A stretch of DNA of 64,000 nucleotides from Balamuthia mandrillaris. Taxonomy: Eukaryota. A program made the translations under genes and the position numbers. Positions 38,475 through 51,065 of the stretch are shown here, in pieces (within the stretch, counting starts at the first letter, position 1; each line of letters opens with the position of its first letter). The DNA is taken from positions 1 through 64,000 of the forward strand of contig JAVKOQ020000044.1 of the NCBI GenBank assembly GCA_031835245.2, in the 5' to 3' direction. The notes beneath the pieces were generated by a model. The model saw only the letters and a program-made list of their open reading frames with translations, did not search any database and was not told where the DNA came from.

Positions 38475-39719
38475 CTAGTCGGCTTTGACATAGTAGGAAG
38501 GGAACCATCCCTCCTTCTTGGCAAGCTTGCCATAGAAAAGACCCTCCCCCTCGTTCTCCTTGGTGACGGTGATGGAAGCTCCTTTGGAGAAGGATAGGTG
38601 ATCCTTGCTCTTGGCTTTGTAGCTCTGGATGGCTCTCACCACGAAGGAGGCCTCGCCTTTGTTGGCTGTTGGGGTTGCTGTGGTCTTTCTCGGTGTGATG
38701 GTGGAGGCCTCGTTGGTCATGCCAAGAATGGGTCTAACCTCCACTTTCTTGTCTTCCAGTTTGCTCGGTGCTGTTGCTGTGGATGCGCTTTCTGTTGCTG
38801 TTACTGCTGAAGGTGAAAAAGAGGTCACTGGTGATGACCGTTTCGGTTGTGGTATTTGTTCTGCTTCTTCTTTGTCTTCTTGTGGAGCGAGAGAAGAGTT
38901 GGCTGCTACCTCGCCCACAGAGGAGCTTTGTAAAGCGGCCTTAGCCTGGCCCAACAACTCCTGCCTGGCTTGATGCGCGCGTACCTCGGCTCCATCGTAA
39001 GCGGACTTGGGTCTTGGCGGGGGAGCGCTTGAGGGTGTAACGGTGGAGGACCAGTCAGAACTCACCGGCCGTTTAATGCCGCTTCCCTCTGTTGTTGCAC
39101 CCGCTTCTCCTTCATTGGCCTGCTCAGGTTCAAAAAAAAAAACAAAAGGTTATAAAAGAGAGAATCATCAAGAAAGGTACGGCAATATGAAAAACGAAAC
39201 GATAAGAAAGAACCAACATGAAAGAAAGAACAAGCGAAAAGAAAGGAAAGAAAGAAAGAAACGACAAGAAAGAAACGACAAGAAACTTTCTCTAAGGAAT
39301 GCTTTCAAACGAGGAAAAAAAAGTGAAAGTTTCAAATCGGTGAAAACAAACAAAAAAAGGGGAACAAAATATAAAATCGATAAGAGAAAGAAAAAACGCA
39401 CTTGAAGATTTCTGGGTTTCGAGCCACGCGGAACCGGAGGGGGAGGTCCTTTCCTAGCAGCCCCGAGGGAGACCGGCCCGGAGGAGGACTTGCCCGGCAT
39501 GGACCCGCCGGCAAAGGCATTGGCGGTGACCTCCGGCGCCACCGTGTGGTGCCGCCTCGAGCCCGCCTTGGTCTTGGCCGAGGCGGGGGAGAGGAGGTCC
39601 ACCTTCAGCTTGAGGGCTTTGATCTTCTTCCGCTCCTTCTTGCATTTCTTCTTGTACTTGGCCAGGCTGGCCTCCAAGCGGGCCGCTTCTTTTTGCAGCT
39701 CTTCCATGCGGCTCGTCAT
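38475..39719 (-). CDS. Coiled-coil / Pro-rich / C-terminal SH3 adaptor
   Basis: Two exons; VRAIQSY...LSFSKG...EGWFPSYYV is an SH3 signature; PPPPVPR motif. Confidence 0.85.
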
Positions 39720-40017
39720 CTCTCTCGCCACTACTCCTTTTTTTTATGTTATCGTTTTCGGTTAATAATAATTAAAAATAATTATGGCGAAAGCGATTAA
39801 TTTCTTCGTTTGTATTGAACTTTTTTGAATATTTTGGGTTCGTTTGAGAAAGGATGATAATTGTTAAAAGTATTCAAATTGTGAATGATTATTTTTCCAA
39901 ATATAGAGAAAATGCCGATTCTTTCGAATGTAATGGTACAAAGCAATGAAAGAAGAAGAGACGCAAAAGAGGATCGATCGTTTGTTGGAAACAAAAAAAC
40001 AAAAACAAAAGAGAGTG

Positions 40018-40889
40018 TTACATGTTCCGAGGAAGACCTTTGGATTCGGCATAGTCCTCCAACAAGGCTCGCACAAACATGCTTTCTTTTGGCAGACACT
40101 CCATCACTACTAACGGGTCCGTTGCCGGACAACGAAGAAAGCATGGAGAGAACACCTTTTTGTGTTTGAGACATAACATAAATACAAGCCATTAACCAAC
40201 AAAGAAAATGAAAAAGAAGAAGAAAGTTTAGGTTTTACCATAGCAAGATTGGCAATGTTCATCTTTGTCTTCTCCACACAAGTTGCGATTTCAATCAAAA
40301 GGTCAAACAACCTCTCGATGACGTTCTTGTTATAAACCGGCAGAGCATGCATTATGCTCTTCCTATCTTCTTTGTTGGTGCAGTTTATTGCGTGGGCGCT
40401 AAATGAAAAGCAACGCTTTGGGTCAGAGAGAATGAGAGAGAAAGACAGAGAAAGGGAGAGGAATGTACTAGTAAGCAGCAGGAATAAGAGCCTCTGGCAA
40501 CTCTCTCAACCACAACTTCAACAGACACGCCGGCAGGTGAGGATCCTGCAGAGCGCCCGTGGAATAGTCGCCATTGTCAAACTGATCTCTCAGGCTCTGA
40601 AGGTCCGTCAAGCTTGTGGGCACACGGAAGACGCCCTCCGTCTGTTTGCCGTTCTGGTCCAACACCGCCTTGATCAGCACCTCCATGATGAAAGGAACGG
40701 CGCCGCCGGGCTTAATGCTGTTCTGACGGGCCATCATGTCGTCCAACGTGACGTTGAAGACGTTGGGGATGGCCTCACCGAGGCCGATGCCGCCTGTTAC
40801 TTTGCCTTGCGTTTCCTCATCTCCCTTTTTTTTTGTATTAAATGTCCGGTCAGAAGAATAATTCAAATAAAGAATGGACGAACGCAAAC

Positions 40890-40927
<38 letters not shown>

Positions 40928-43855
40928 CAAAGCATTACCTCAAACTTGTATAACTCCATTCCATCCACAAAGGCCATTCTTCTGGTGATATGGTACAGCT
41001 TGCCAGCCATCAAGATCTCGTTGGCCAACGCCACCGCGTCCTCTCTCGTCTTGCTCACATTGTTCTTGATCATCCAGTCCACAGCATCGCAGCCAAGGAA
41101 GCACTTGGTGTAGTTGGTGCCGTTCCAATGGATGTCTGCAATGGGAATGCCCGTAGCTTTGTCCATCATCTTGGCCACTATAGCGGCCACGGACTGCTCC
41201 AATTTGTCCTCGTTGAACTCCTCAGTGATGCCCATGTTCTTCATTGCGTTCTTGCTATGAGAGAAGCGAAGAGACATTTGCATCATTCGGTCCTTTCTGT
41301 TGGGGAGGTTGACGGGTCTCATTCCAGGAGCTGCTGAACCATCTGAGGAAGCAGCCGCAGCCAAGAAGGAAGGAGGAGGAGGAAGGACGAATTCAGCGCC
41401 AGACAGGTCGGTGGAGCTGCGAGTTGAGGGTCGGTCTCGAGCAGGCAACTGAGGAGGACGATCGCCAAGGTCGGGCAAGGACTTTCTGCGGTCGTTCTGT
41501 TGCAACTCATCCATTTCCTCTTCCGAGCGAGTTCGCGGCAAGCGAACGGAAGAACTTCTTCCAGCGCCAGGAAGAGGAATGGCTCCAACGCTTGGCCCTC
41601 TTTGTACAGAACCTGGAGCAGCAGGAGGAGGGGCACCGTTTTGAGGGGCGATTGCACCCATTGGTGCCCCTCGACCGGCTCCACGGCCGGCAGGAGGGGG
41701 AAGAGCAACAGGAGGAAGCTTGGAGCCACGACCCCTTCCGGCGGCTAATGCTGCTGCTGTTACTGGAGGAGGAGAGCTCACGGAGGGAGCTCGGTTGTAC
41801 TCAGAAGCGCTACCTCCACCACCAGCTGTTAGGAAAGAATAACGGTTAAACAAACAGAAAGGAAAAGGAGAAAAGCGAGGACATTACCCGTAAGTTTGTG
41901 TTGGAGTTGTCCGCTGAGTTGTGCTTGGAATGCGGAGGTATTGGCAGCGCTGAATTGGGTCACTGAGCTCTTCTCTCCCTCGGACCTTACGCGAACAGGC
42001 TTTGCGAAGCAAGGCAGATTGATAATGTCGTTGGCCAAGGGGACCCCCATTGCGCTGTCAGCTTCTATGGTCTCCGTTGCGGCTCCACCAGCACTTTGTA
42101 AAGACGTTAATAAACTAGAAAGAAGCAGAGAGGAAAAAGTAGGAGAAGCAAAGAAGAGGAAAACCAGTAGAGCCAAAGAGAGAGAGAGAGAGAGGAGGGA
42201 GAGAGAGAGGAGGGAGGCGAGCAAATACATCAATGCTTTGTGTACAAAGGCAGAAGAATAGGCATCCAGCATAGAAGCAAAGGTGGGCGTTATCTTGAAT
42301 CGAGACTGAAGAAAGTCGCACACTCTTGAATTGTTCACGAATGGAATGACATTCTCCACTTCTTCAATGCGAGCAGTAAGCTTTCCAATCCAGTCGATCA
42401 TGGCTTGAGGTTGAGCAATCTCTTGTTTCAGAGGGACCCACCAGATGTCGGCATTACCGTGGAACTGATGAAGACGTTCGTTGAGACGGAAGATGTTGAC
42501 TCCTGGTTCCGCCACTTCCTTAAATGCATCTTGAAAGCTGTTTTGTTTCCCCACAGGTAAGAAATAAACAAGGAGAAGGAGAAGGAGAAGCAGAAGGAGA
42601 AGGAGCAGGTACTTGTTAAAATTTCTGGTGAGCTCAACGACGTATAAGTTCTCTTCGTTGGTCCACTTGTTGGGTAGTTTACAAACCAAGCCGAGGTGGC
42701 TCCACGGTTGTCCCGACAGGACTTGGCTGAGTGCGGAGAGAATGCCGGTGCCCGAGTAGGCGATCAGGTCTCCGGTTTTGAACTTGCTGAGGTGGTCCTT
42801 GTAACCGTATTTGAAGGTGTTGAAACCGACAGGCCGAAGCTCCTTTGTTTATGGTTATTATTTTTTTATTTGTGTTTGTTAGGATATAACATATAAAAAC
42901 TTTTAAATAAAAAAATAACAAAAATAATGAAATATAAAATACCGTTTGCAAAGAGTAATATAAACGCAGCTTGATGGTGCCATCGGCAAGCTCCCCAGCG
43001 CCTTTCTTCTGCTTTGTGGCTTTGACCGGCAACTGGAACTCCCCGCCGATGATCGTTTCCGGTTGGACTTTGTTTTCTATCGCTCCAAGTTCATACGAAC
43101 CTCTTTTTTTTGTTGTTGTTGTTGTTATTTTTATGTTAAAGAAAAAGAAAAAGAAAAAGAAAAAAGAAAAAGAAAAAGAAAAAAAAAAGAAAAGAAAAAA
43201 AAAGAGAACAGAAAAGAAAAATAAATAAAAGGAAAAATAGAACATAGAAAAAGAATATACATACGAGACTTTATCTCTATGCTTTCCGTAGATTTTGATC
43301 TTCAGTTCGGACTCGTCTGGCGTTCTTTTGGTGATGAAAAGCAAAAAAAATAAACGATTAGAAAGAAATATATGAAAAAAAAGAAAGAAAAATAGAAATA
43401 AATACGTGAAGAAGAATTGAGGCCATTCCGACTCTTTGGCCGATCTTCGGCCAAAAGAAAAAGCCTCCTTGCTCTCTTTGTACTTTGTGGCTCCCTCTTT
43501 CTTCTTTTGAACCTCACATGTAAACGGCCGTTCTCCTTTTTTTTGTTTTGTTTTATTTATATTTTTCATATCATAAGGAAGAGAGAGAGAGAGAGAGAGA
43601 GAGAAGCGAAGAAATAGAGCCGGTAGCAAAAAATAATGAGGAGAGCAAAGAGAAGAGAAAGAAAGGATTTACCATCTGGAAAAGAAGCCTCCAACACTGT
43701 GTGCACAAAAAAAAAAGTGAGACAAAACGACAACAACGAAAGTTTCTTTAAAAAATAATACGAAGGACCAAGTACGCACCGACACCCAACAGCTTCTTCT
43801 CTTTGGCGTCCCAGATGCTCTCCAAATCTTGCGGTTTCTTACCACCGACCAACAT
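40018..43855 (-). CDS. C2-like + permuted papain-like (NlpC/P60) + DEP + RhoGAP protein
   Basis: KTGDLIAYSG...WSHLGLV...YVVE; DEP motif CFLGCDAVDWM...REDAVALANE; RhoGAP EGVFRV, LLKLWLRELPE, KMNIANLAMVFSP; stop at 40018-40020. Confidence 0.85.
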
Positions 43856-44507
43856 TTCAAAAAAAAAAATTACAAAGATGAACCGGTAAAGAACTGGAAA
43901 AAAAAAAGAGAGGAGAGCCAACGAGGGGAAAAAAAAAACTCCCTCCCCTGCTTTTCTCTTTCTGCAACAAAAAGGAAGGGGTCGTTCGCGTTCCTCTCCT
44001 CGTTCTGTTTTTTACGTTCCCGTTGAACAACTAATGAAGGTAAGGGGAGAGGAGAGTTATAATGAAGGCCTCTTATTATTGGACAATTTATAGCCATAAA
44101 AACGTTACCGGAACAATTTCTTCGTTACAAATTAATTAAGTCATGTCGACACGGTAAAGACCCGCTGTCGGCAAAATTTACCGCTTTAGGAATTTGTAGA
44201 TTGTGTCGACAATTCGAGGTAAGAATTTGCGGAATGTGTCGACGAATGTTTGTTTGAGGGGTCGAATCGTGTCGCTTGGTCCAACAGCAACTGGTATAGA
44301 ATAGGAAGGGAAAGAAAAGGGGGAAAAAAGGCGGCAGCCACCTATCTCACAGACATACGTGCGCACTGTATACATTGTTGGCCCTTTCAACGAAAGGAGC
44401 ATAGTGGGGGAGAGAGAGAGAGAGAGAGAGCGACTTGCTTTGAAACCCCTAGGCCGTACTTTTTTTTTTCGTTTGTTGAAACAAGAACAAGAAAAAAAGA
44501 GGAATAG

Positions 44508-47500
44508 ATGGGAAACGCCGCTCCAGCAGGAGACAGAGAAACCCTCCGAAGGAAGAACTTGAAGCCAAGCGCCGATGGAGGCAACTACATCATCGACCTC
44601 GACGACCTCGAGGTGGGCAAGCTGCTGGGCAAAGGGGCGCTTTGCAAGGTCAACAAGGCGCGATGGAAGTCGAGGAACATGGACGTGGCCCTCAAGACCT
44701 TCTTCGTGCCTGACCTCATCCCTGAGGATCTCAACGACTTCAAACGAGAGCTTATTCTTACCAGGTGAAAACTAAAACTTTCTTTCTTTCTCGTTTTGTT
44801 CTCCAACTGAGCAAAAAAACTGAAACAACCACAAACATAAACAAACCATAATAATAGGCAAATGGAACATCCGAATATTGTGCTGTTTCTTGCCGGCTGC
44901 GCGGAGCCTCCCAATGTCTACTTGGTGATGGAGCTGGCCAGGCACGGCACCGTATCGGACGTGCTCTATGATAGCCTGCATAGAGTGACGCAAGCCTATC
45001 GCCTAAGGGTGGCCCTGGATATTGCCAGAGGAATGGCCTTTCTTCACAGCAAGAACGTTATTCATCGGTATCTATCCTTCCTTCTTTCTGTTCTGTTCTA
45101 TGCTTGTTGTTAAGAAAGGAAGGACAGCAAACGGAAGAAACGTCAACAAGAAAATGAAACAAAAGAATAAGAAGAGCAGGAGAAGCTAAAACGAGAAGAG
45201 GGAGAACAAACACCTACTAACATTGGGCAACAGTGACTTGAAGCCAGAAAACTTTTTGGTGTTTTCACTGGATGCCGACGCAGAGGCAGTGGTCAAGATA
45301 GCAGACTTGGGAGTGGCAAAGCTGAAAGAGTCGGAGGAGAAAGACATGATGACTCAAGGAAGAGGCACTCCACAATACAGTACCTGCATCCTTCTTCCTC
45401 CTTCTTAGCGAACCAACTAACTTATAAAAAACAAAAAAAGTGGCGCCCGAGATATTCGATGGCAGCAGAGAGTACTCCTTCCCAGTAGACGTCTACAGCT
45501 TTGGTTTGATTATGTGGGAGCTGGTCACAAGGGAGCAGCCCTATGCGGACATCAAACCCCACTTTCGCATTCCCATCAAAGTGCTGGAGGGGGAAAGGCC
45601 TGCGATACCCGAGGGAGTGCCGCCGGCTTGGGCCAAGTTGGTGAGGCGCTGTTGGCACGCAGATCCATCCAAGCGGCCGACTTTTAAGAAGATTGTTGAG
45701 AAGTTGGAACAGTTTCAGAGGGACAAGATCTTTGAGCAGATGGATGCTGCCGAGACAGCACAAGTCGTTCAACGAGGTTTGTTTACTTTTCTTCTGTGTT
45801 TCACTTTGTGATTATTAAAGCCTCTAACCAACTTTGACAACCAGTGAACATACCTTTGGAAGAACTGGAAATCCAGGAACAGCTTGGTCGCGGCGCCCTC
45901 TGCCGAGTGGATAAGGCGGTTTGGAAGAAGCAAAATATGGTGGTGGCGGTGAAGACCTTTTACTGCCCCGACTTGGTGCCTCAAGAGCTAGCCGACTTTC
46001 GTCGTGAGCTCTGGCTGACCAGCCAGATGGATCATCCTAACCTCATTCGTTTCGTCGGTGGCTCCAGCGAACCTCCTCATCTCTATTTGGTGACGGAGCT
46101 GGTGGAGAATGGCTCACTGTGGGATATATTGCATAAAGAGGAATTTGAGCTGACGTGGGAACTGCGCCTGCAGATGGCGTTGGAGATTGCGAGCGGCATG
46201 AAATACTTGCATGATAAGAACGTGCTGCATAGGGATTTAAAGAGTGAGAACCTCTTGGTACGTAGCTCTCCTTAAAACGATGGGAAGAGGAAGAAAGAGG
46301 CATGAGGAACGAAAAGAAGACAGAAGAGGAGAAACAAGAAATCATGGATAGAAGGATAGAACCAGGAGTAACTGACAAACCTTTTTCTGTAAAGGTAGGA
46401 GACTTGGATGGCACAGGCCCAGTGATACGAATTGCAGACTTGGGAGTGGCTCGTTGGAGGCGACCCAGCGTTGACACACCCATGACCATGGGACGAGGAA
46501 CACAAGTTTGGAGTGCGTTATGTCCTCTCTTACTGTTATATAGGACCGTTAGTTTGTTGGCTTGGTTTTACTTTAGAACTCACCTTGCTTTCTATGTTTG
46601 CACTCTTCCTATCGCTTAACAGTGGCACCAGAGATAATGGAAGGAAGAAAAGACTACTCATTCCCAGTCGATGTCTATTCTTATGGCATAATTCTTTGGG
46701 AGCTGCTGACCAGGGAAGAGCCCTTCAGGGAGATAACGCCCGCCTTCCAGCTGCCCGTCAAGGTCATCGAAGGCGTTCGCCCCAAAGTACCACCCAACTG
46801 TCCTCCTACCTATGCCAAGCTGATGGAGCAATGCTGGCATCCTGGTATGTATTTTTTAATGTCTCCCTTCATTCTCCTTTTAAAAAATGAACTCACCTCG
46901 TTATCGTTATGCACAGATCCGAGCAAGCGGCCAACGTTCAGCGAGGTCTTTCGACGGCTAGAAAGAATGATCAAAGAAGAAGTGGTAGGAAAGAAGGCCG
47001 GCCCAGACACAACCGCCAACAACAGCAGCAACAACAGCAATACCAACCTCAGCGGCAAAGGAACCAGCCGCAGCGGCAGCTCAAAGAAGAGAAGTCCCAA
47101 TAACCCCAGCAACTCCACAAACAATGGCGGCAGGAGACGCTCCATTGCAGTGCCTGACTTGGGTCAAACAGCCTCCAACAACAAAGACAACAGCAAAGAC
47201 AACCACAGAACCATTACAGAAACAAACGAAAGAGGAGAACAAGAACACACAAAAGACACACAGGAACTACAACAACAAAGAGAAAGAGAACGGCTGCCAT
47301 TTGATGATGAGGATGAGGAGTTGCTGTTCCCGACTGTGACAATTGCTGGAGGCGTCACTGGCAGTAACGGCAGTGAGAAGACTGTGATGGGATTCCTCAA
47401 ACGAACGTTGAGCAACTCCAACACGAAAGGAGAGTCGGTTCGTCAAAGACGAGATTCTTTCACTTCACCCTCTTCTTCCTCGTCCTCCTTAGTAGTGCCG

Positions 47501-48715
47501 CCTGCTAATGCTTCTTCTTCCTCCGCTGCATCTTCCACTGTTGCTCCTGCTTCTTCCTCAGCTTCTACATCTCCCACCACATCGCCATCAGTCCCCAAGC
47601 GTGCTTCCTCTTCCTTCATCTCCGTCTCGCCCTCGCCATCATTGCAGTCGCAACCTCTCTCCGCAAGAGGGTTGCTCAGCGTTCCTTCTTCGGCCTCCTC
47701 TTCCACTGAAAAATTCGATGGCAGCTCCTCTTATCCTTCTTCCTCTTCGTCTTCTTCTTCATCCTCCTCAACTTTCACCGGCTCCTCTTCTCTAAATAGC
47801 AATCGTTCTTCGACTGGAAGAAAGACCAGCAGCAGCAGCAGCAGTAATAATAATAGTGTTGCTCGTCGTATCCCACGATCGCAGGAGAATAGCAAAAGCT
47901 TGATGGAGGAAGCATTAGATGATGCCTGCTCAAACAAAGCGCTCTCTTGGATGGTCGAGTCATCATCTAACCCGTACGAGGATGCTGAAGTCTGTTTCGT
48001 GGTGAGGAAAAACGGAGACGAAGACGGAGGAGGTGAAGGCGAAAAAAAGAATAATGATGCAAAGGAGCAGGAAGAAGATGACCTTCATCACGAGCATCAA
48101 CAACTGAAGCACGCCATAGAGAATCTTTACTCTGACAAGGAGCTTTCATGGGAGCTTGACGAGATGACCCCAAAAACTGAGATCGTTCGCGTTCGTCCTA
48201 CTCCCGCTAATCACAATAATACGGATGCGGTGCCTTCCATCATGCTCTCCAAACCGTTGAGCAGCAGCGACAAAGCTCACAAGACCAAGAAGAACTCGGA
48301 CAGCGTTCGAAGTGCTCGAAATTCTTCGGCCACGTCCTCTACAGTTTCTTCTTCGTCATCTGCATCTAAGAAAGGAAGTGGTAAGGCTTCATCAAAAGAA
48401 GGAAGAAAGGAGAAGAAAGACGGAGGTGGAAGTAAAAAGAAGAAAGACGGAAGTGGAAGTAGTGGTAGGAAAGAGAATTCGCCTACATCACTGTCGCCAT
48501 CATCCAAGAAGAAGTCTTCTTCCAGTTCTTCTTCGTCAAAGACATCCCGTAAAGAAAAGAAAAAAGGAGACGGAGGCGAAGAAAAGAAAAAAGGAGACGG
48601 AGGCGAAGAAAAGAAAAAACGCAGCAACAGCGGCAGAAAAGATAAGAAAACAGCGTCCGGAGAGAACGGAGACAACAATGGTGACAAGAGAAAGAGAAGA
48701 ACAGGTGCAAAGTGA
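44508..48715 (+). CDS. Tandem double-domain TKL kinase with Ser/Lys-rich tail
   Basis: Two complete kinase domains (VALK/VAVK, HRDLKPEN/HRDLKSEN, DLG, MAPE, DVYSF/YG, RPTF); Gly at position 2. Confidence 0.9.
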
Positions 48716-49151
48716 TAAAAATTGACGAGCATCAATGATAGACTTGTGTGTGAAGTAGTTAATTTTCTATTTTTTTCTGTAAACTGTTTTTTAGTCCAAG
48801 CGAGAAAGAAGAGAAGGAGAGAAGGAGAAAGCAGAGGAGAGAGGAGAGTGGCCTTACAGGAACAATTTCACCTCCGTTTTTGCAAGCCATCCTGGAGATA
48901 ACCGACCCAACAAAACAAAGACAACAGCAACAGACAAGCAAAAAAGAAATCATGAAAGGCAATAAAGCGGTGAGGAGGGACCTTTCCAAAGCCTTCATGC
49001 TGCAACACTTGTTGGCGCTGGTGCTGTGTTGTATTGAAAGAAAGGGAAACAAAAAAAGCAAAGCAGACAAAACAGACTCGAAGAACGACATAAAGACAGA
49101 AAAACAGAAAGAAACGTACATTTACTAGATAAGAAAACCCAAAACAACAAG

Positions 49152-50358
49152 TCAAGGCTGTTGTTGCTGTTGCTGATCTTCTCTCATCCGTTTATGCTCC
49201 GTGCGTTCATCTTCCTTGCCGCTTCGCTTCTCCTCTCTTTCTCTATCTCTGCTCCTTTCTCTGCTTCTCTTCCTTCCTCTGTCTCTGTCTCTGTCTCTGC
49301 TTCTATCTCTGTCTCTGTCTCTGTCTCTATCTCTATCGTCTCGGTGAGAATGACGACGTCCTCCTCCGCCTCTATGCCGATCTCCTCTCCTTTCACCTCC
49401 ACTATCTCTTCGTCTATTGTCTCTATCTCTGTTTCCATTCGATCGTCCTCCATCTCTTCTTCTTCCATCTCTGTCCCTATCTCTATCCCTGCCGCCTCTT
49501 TCTCTGTCTCTATCTCTTCCGCTTTCTCTTTCTCTTCCTCCTCCAGCATTGTTGACATGTATGCCTTTGTTTTGCGCATCTTCTTTTCGTTTGAGTGCCT
49601 CGTCAATGGCTTCTCGTATCTTGAGAAAGCCTTGGTGCTGCTTGCCCTCCATGTGACTCGTGGTTCGCTTCTCGGTATCGCCGATGACGAGGAAGGCGCC
49701 GCAGATCTCGCACACTTTTAGACGTTTCTCCTGTTGGGTGATGGACTGGGCGGCGGCTCCTTTGCGCAACATCTCCTGCTCTTGTTTCAGGTTGTTTATT
49801 TGTTGGAGAAGTGCCTCTGACTCTGTCACTTTACCTTGATTGCCTAGTTCCTCCATCTTGAGATTTCGCTATTAGTCTGTTTTTGCAATGACAACAAGGA
49901 AGGAGAGAGAGAGAGAGGGAGAGAGAGAGAAGAGAGCAAACGAAAAAAAAAAGGCAAAACGAACCTCTTTTAACAGGAAAACAATTCGTTCTGAAATGGC
50001 GTCCACTTTGTCTGACCCTTCGTCATCCAACACAACCGGCTTTTGTGCATAACAGAAAAAACAAGTTCTTTGGTTAGAAGGCCAGTAAAACGAACCGAGA
50101 AGCGAGAAGCACGAAGAAGAAAGAAGAACAAAGAAGCAACGAAGAAAAGAGAAACGAACCACTTGCTCCTGTTGGCTCAGACGTTGGTGACCACGTTCCA
50201 GTTTTTTGTCAAGGTCAGTAATGATGCCCTGCAGGTGTCGCAGAAATGCCATCTCGAAGGGGTACCGGTACTTCTCCTCGTCACTCAGACTTTGATACCT
50301 GCAAACAAACCATAAAGCAAAAATAAAAGTAAGTTAGCAGCGTGTAAGCAAGAGAGGG

Positions 50359-50394
<36 letters not shown>

Positions 50395-50743
50395 AGCAAA
50401 CGCACTCTCTGCGGCATTCGTCGTCGTGATGCTTGGGGCAAGTACCTAAGCAAAAAGGTGAGCAAGGAACAAAACACGCATTAGTGAAGCTACAATGAAA
50501 CCTATGACACTTTTCTCTTTCATTCTTCTCACAAAAAAAAACTCTGTTAAAATCAAACCTACCGAGATCGCTTTTCGTGTTGGTGAAAAGGGTGTGAGGG
50601 CAGAGGCCGCAGATGTAAAGCTTGCAGACATCGTCGTCGGCGAAATGGCGAGCATGTTGCGGCTGTTCCGTTGGAAGCCTGTTGCGGTCGCTCCCAAACA
50701 GCTCGTCCAGTTGAGCCCTGAAGCTATCGTACTTGGAAGACAT
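49152..50743 (-). CDS. LUC7: U1 snRNP-associated LUC7-like splicing factor
   Basis: RAQLDELFG, VCKLYICGLCPHTLFTNTKSDLG, VCEICGAFL...HMEGKQHQGF zinc fingers, RD/RS tail. Confidence 0.95.
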
Positions 50744-51065
50744 CCTCTCCCCGCCAGCCGTTCGTGCACTTCCTCTCCTCTTGCTACTTTCTAATCTTTT
50801 TTGTCTCTTTTCCGATTTTCGTCGACACGTGCTTGAGGAGCATTTCATAATATCCCATAATAGATAACTTTATACATCGAAAAGATAAGAGATAGGATAA
50901 GAGAGAAGAAAAGAGACAGGATAGGAGAGATGACAGGAGAGAAGATAGGAGAGAGGATAGGAGAGAGGAGAAGAGCAAAGATAGGAGAGAGAAGAAATAG
51001 CAGAGGAAGAGAGTCTCTCGCTGCTTCTTGCGTTGGCGGAAACGCACAACGCTTGAGCTCAAGAC

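Noticed and set aside
38475..43855. Single RhoGAP-SH3 gene
   Set aside because: RhoGAP ends in TAA at 40018-40020, followed by AT-rich intergenic DNA and a new ATG at 39719.
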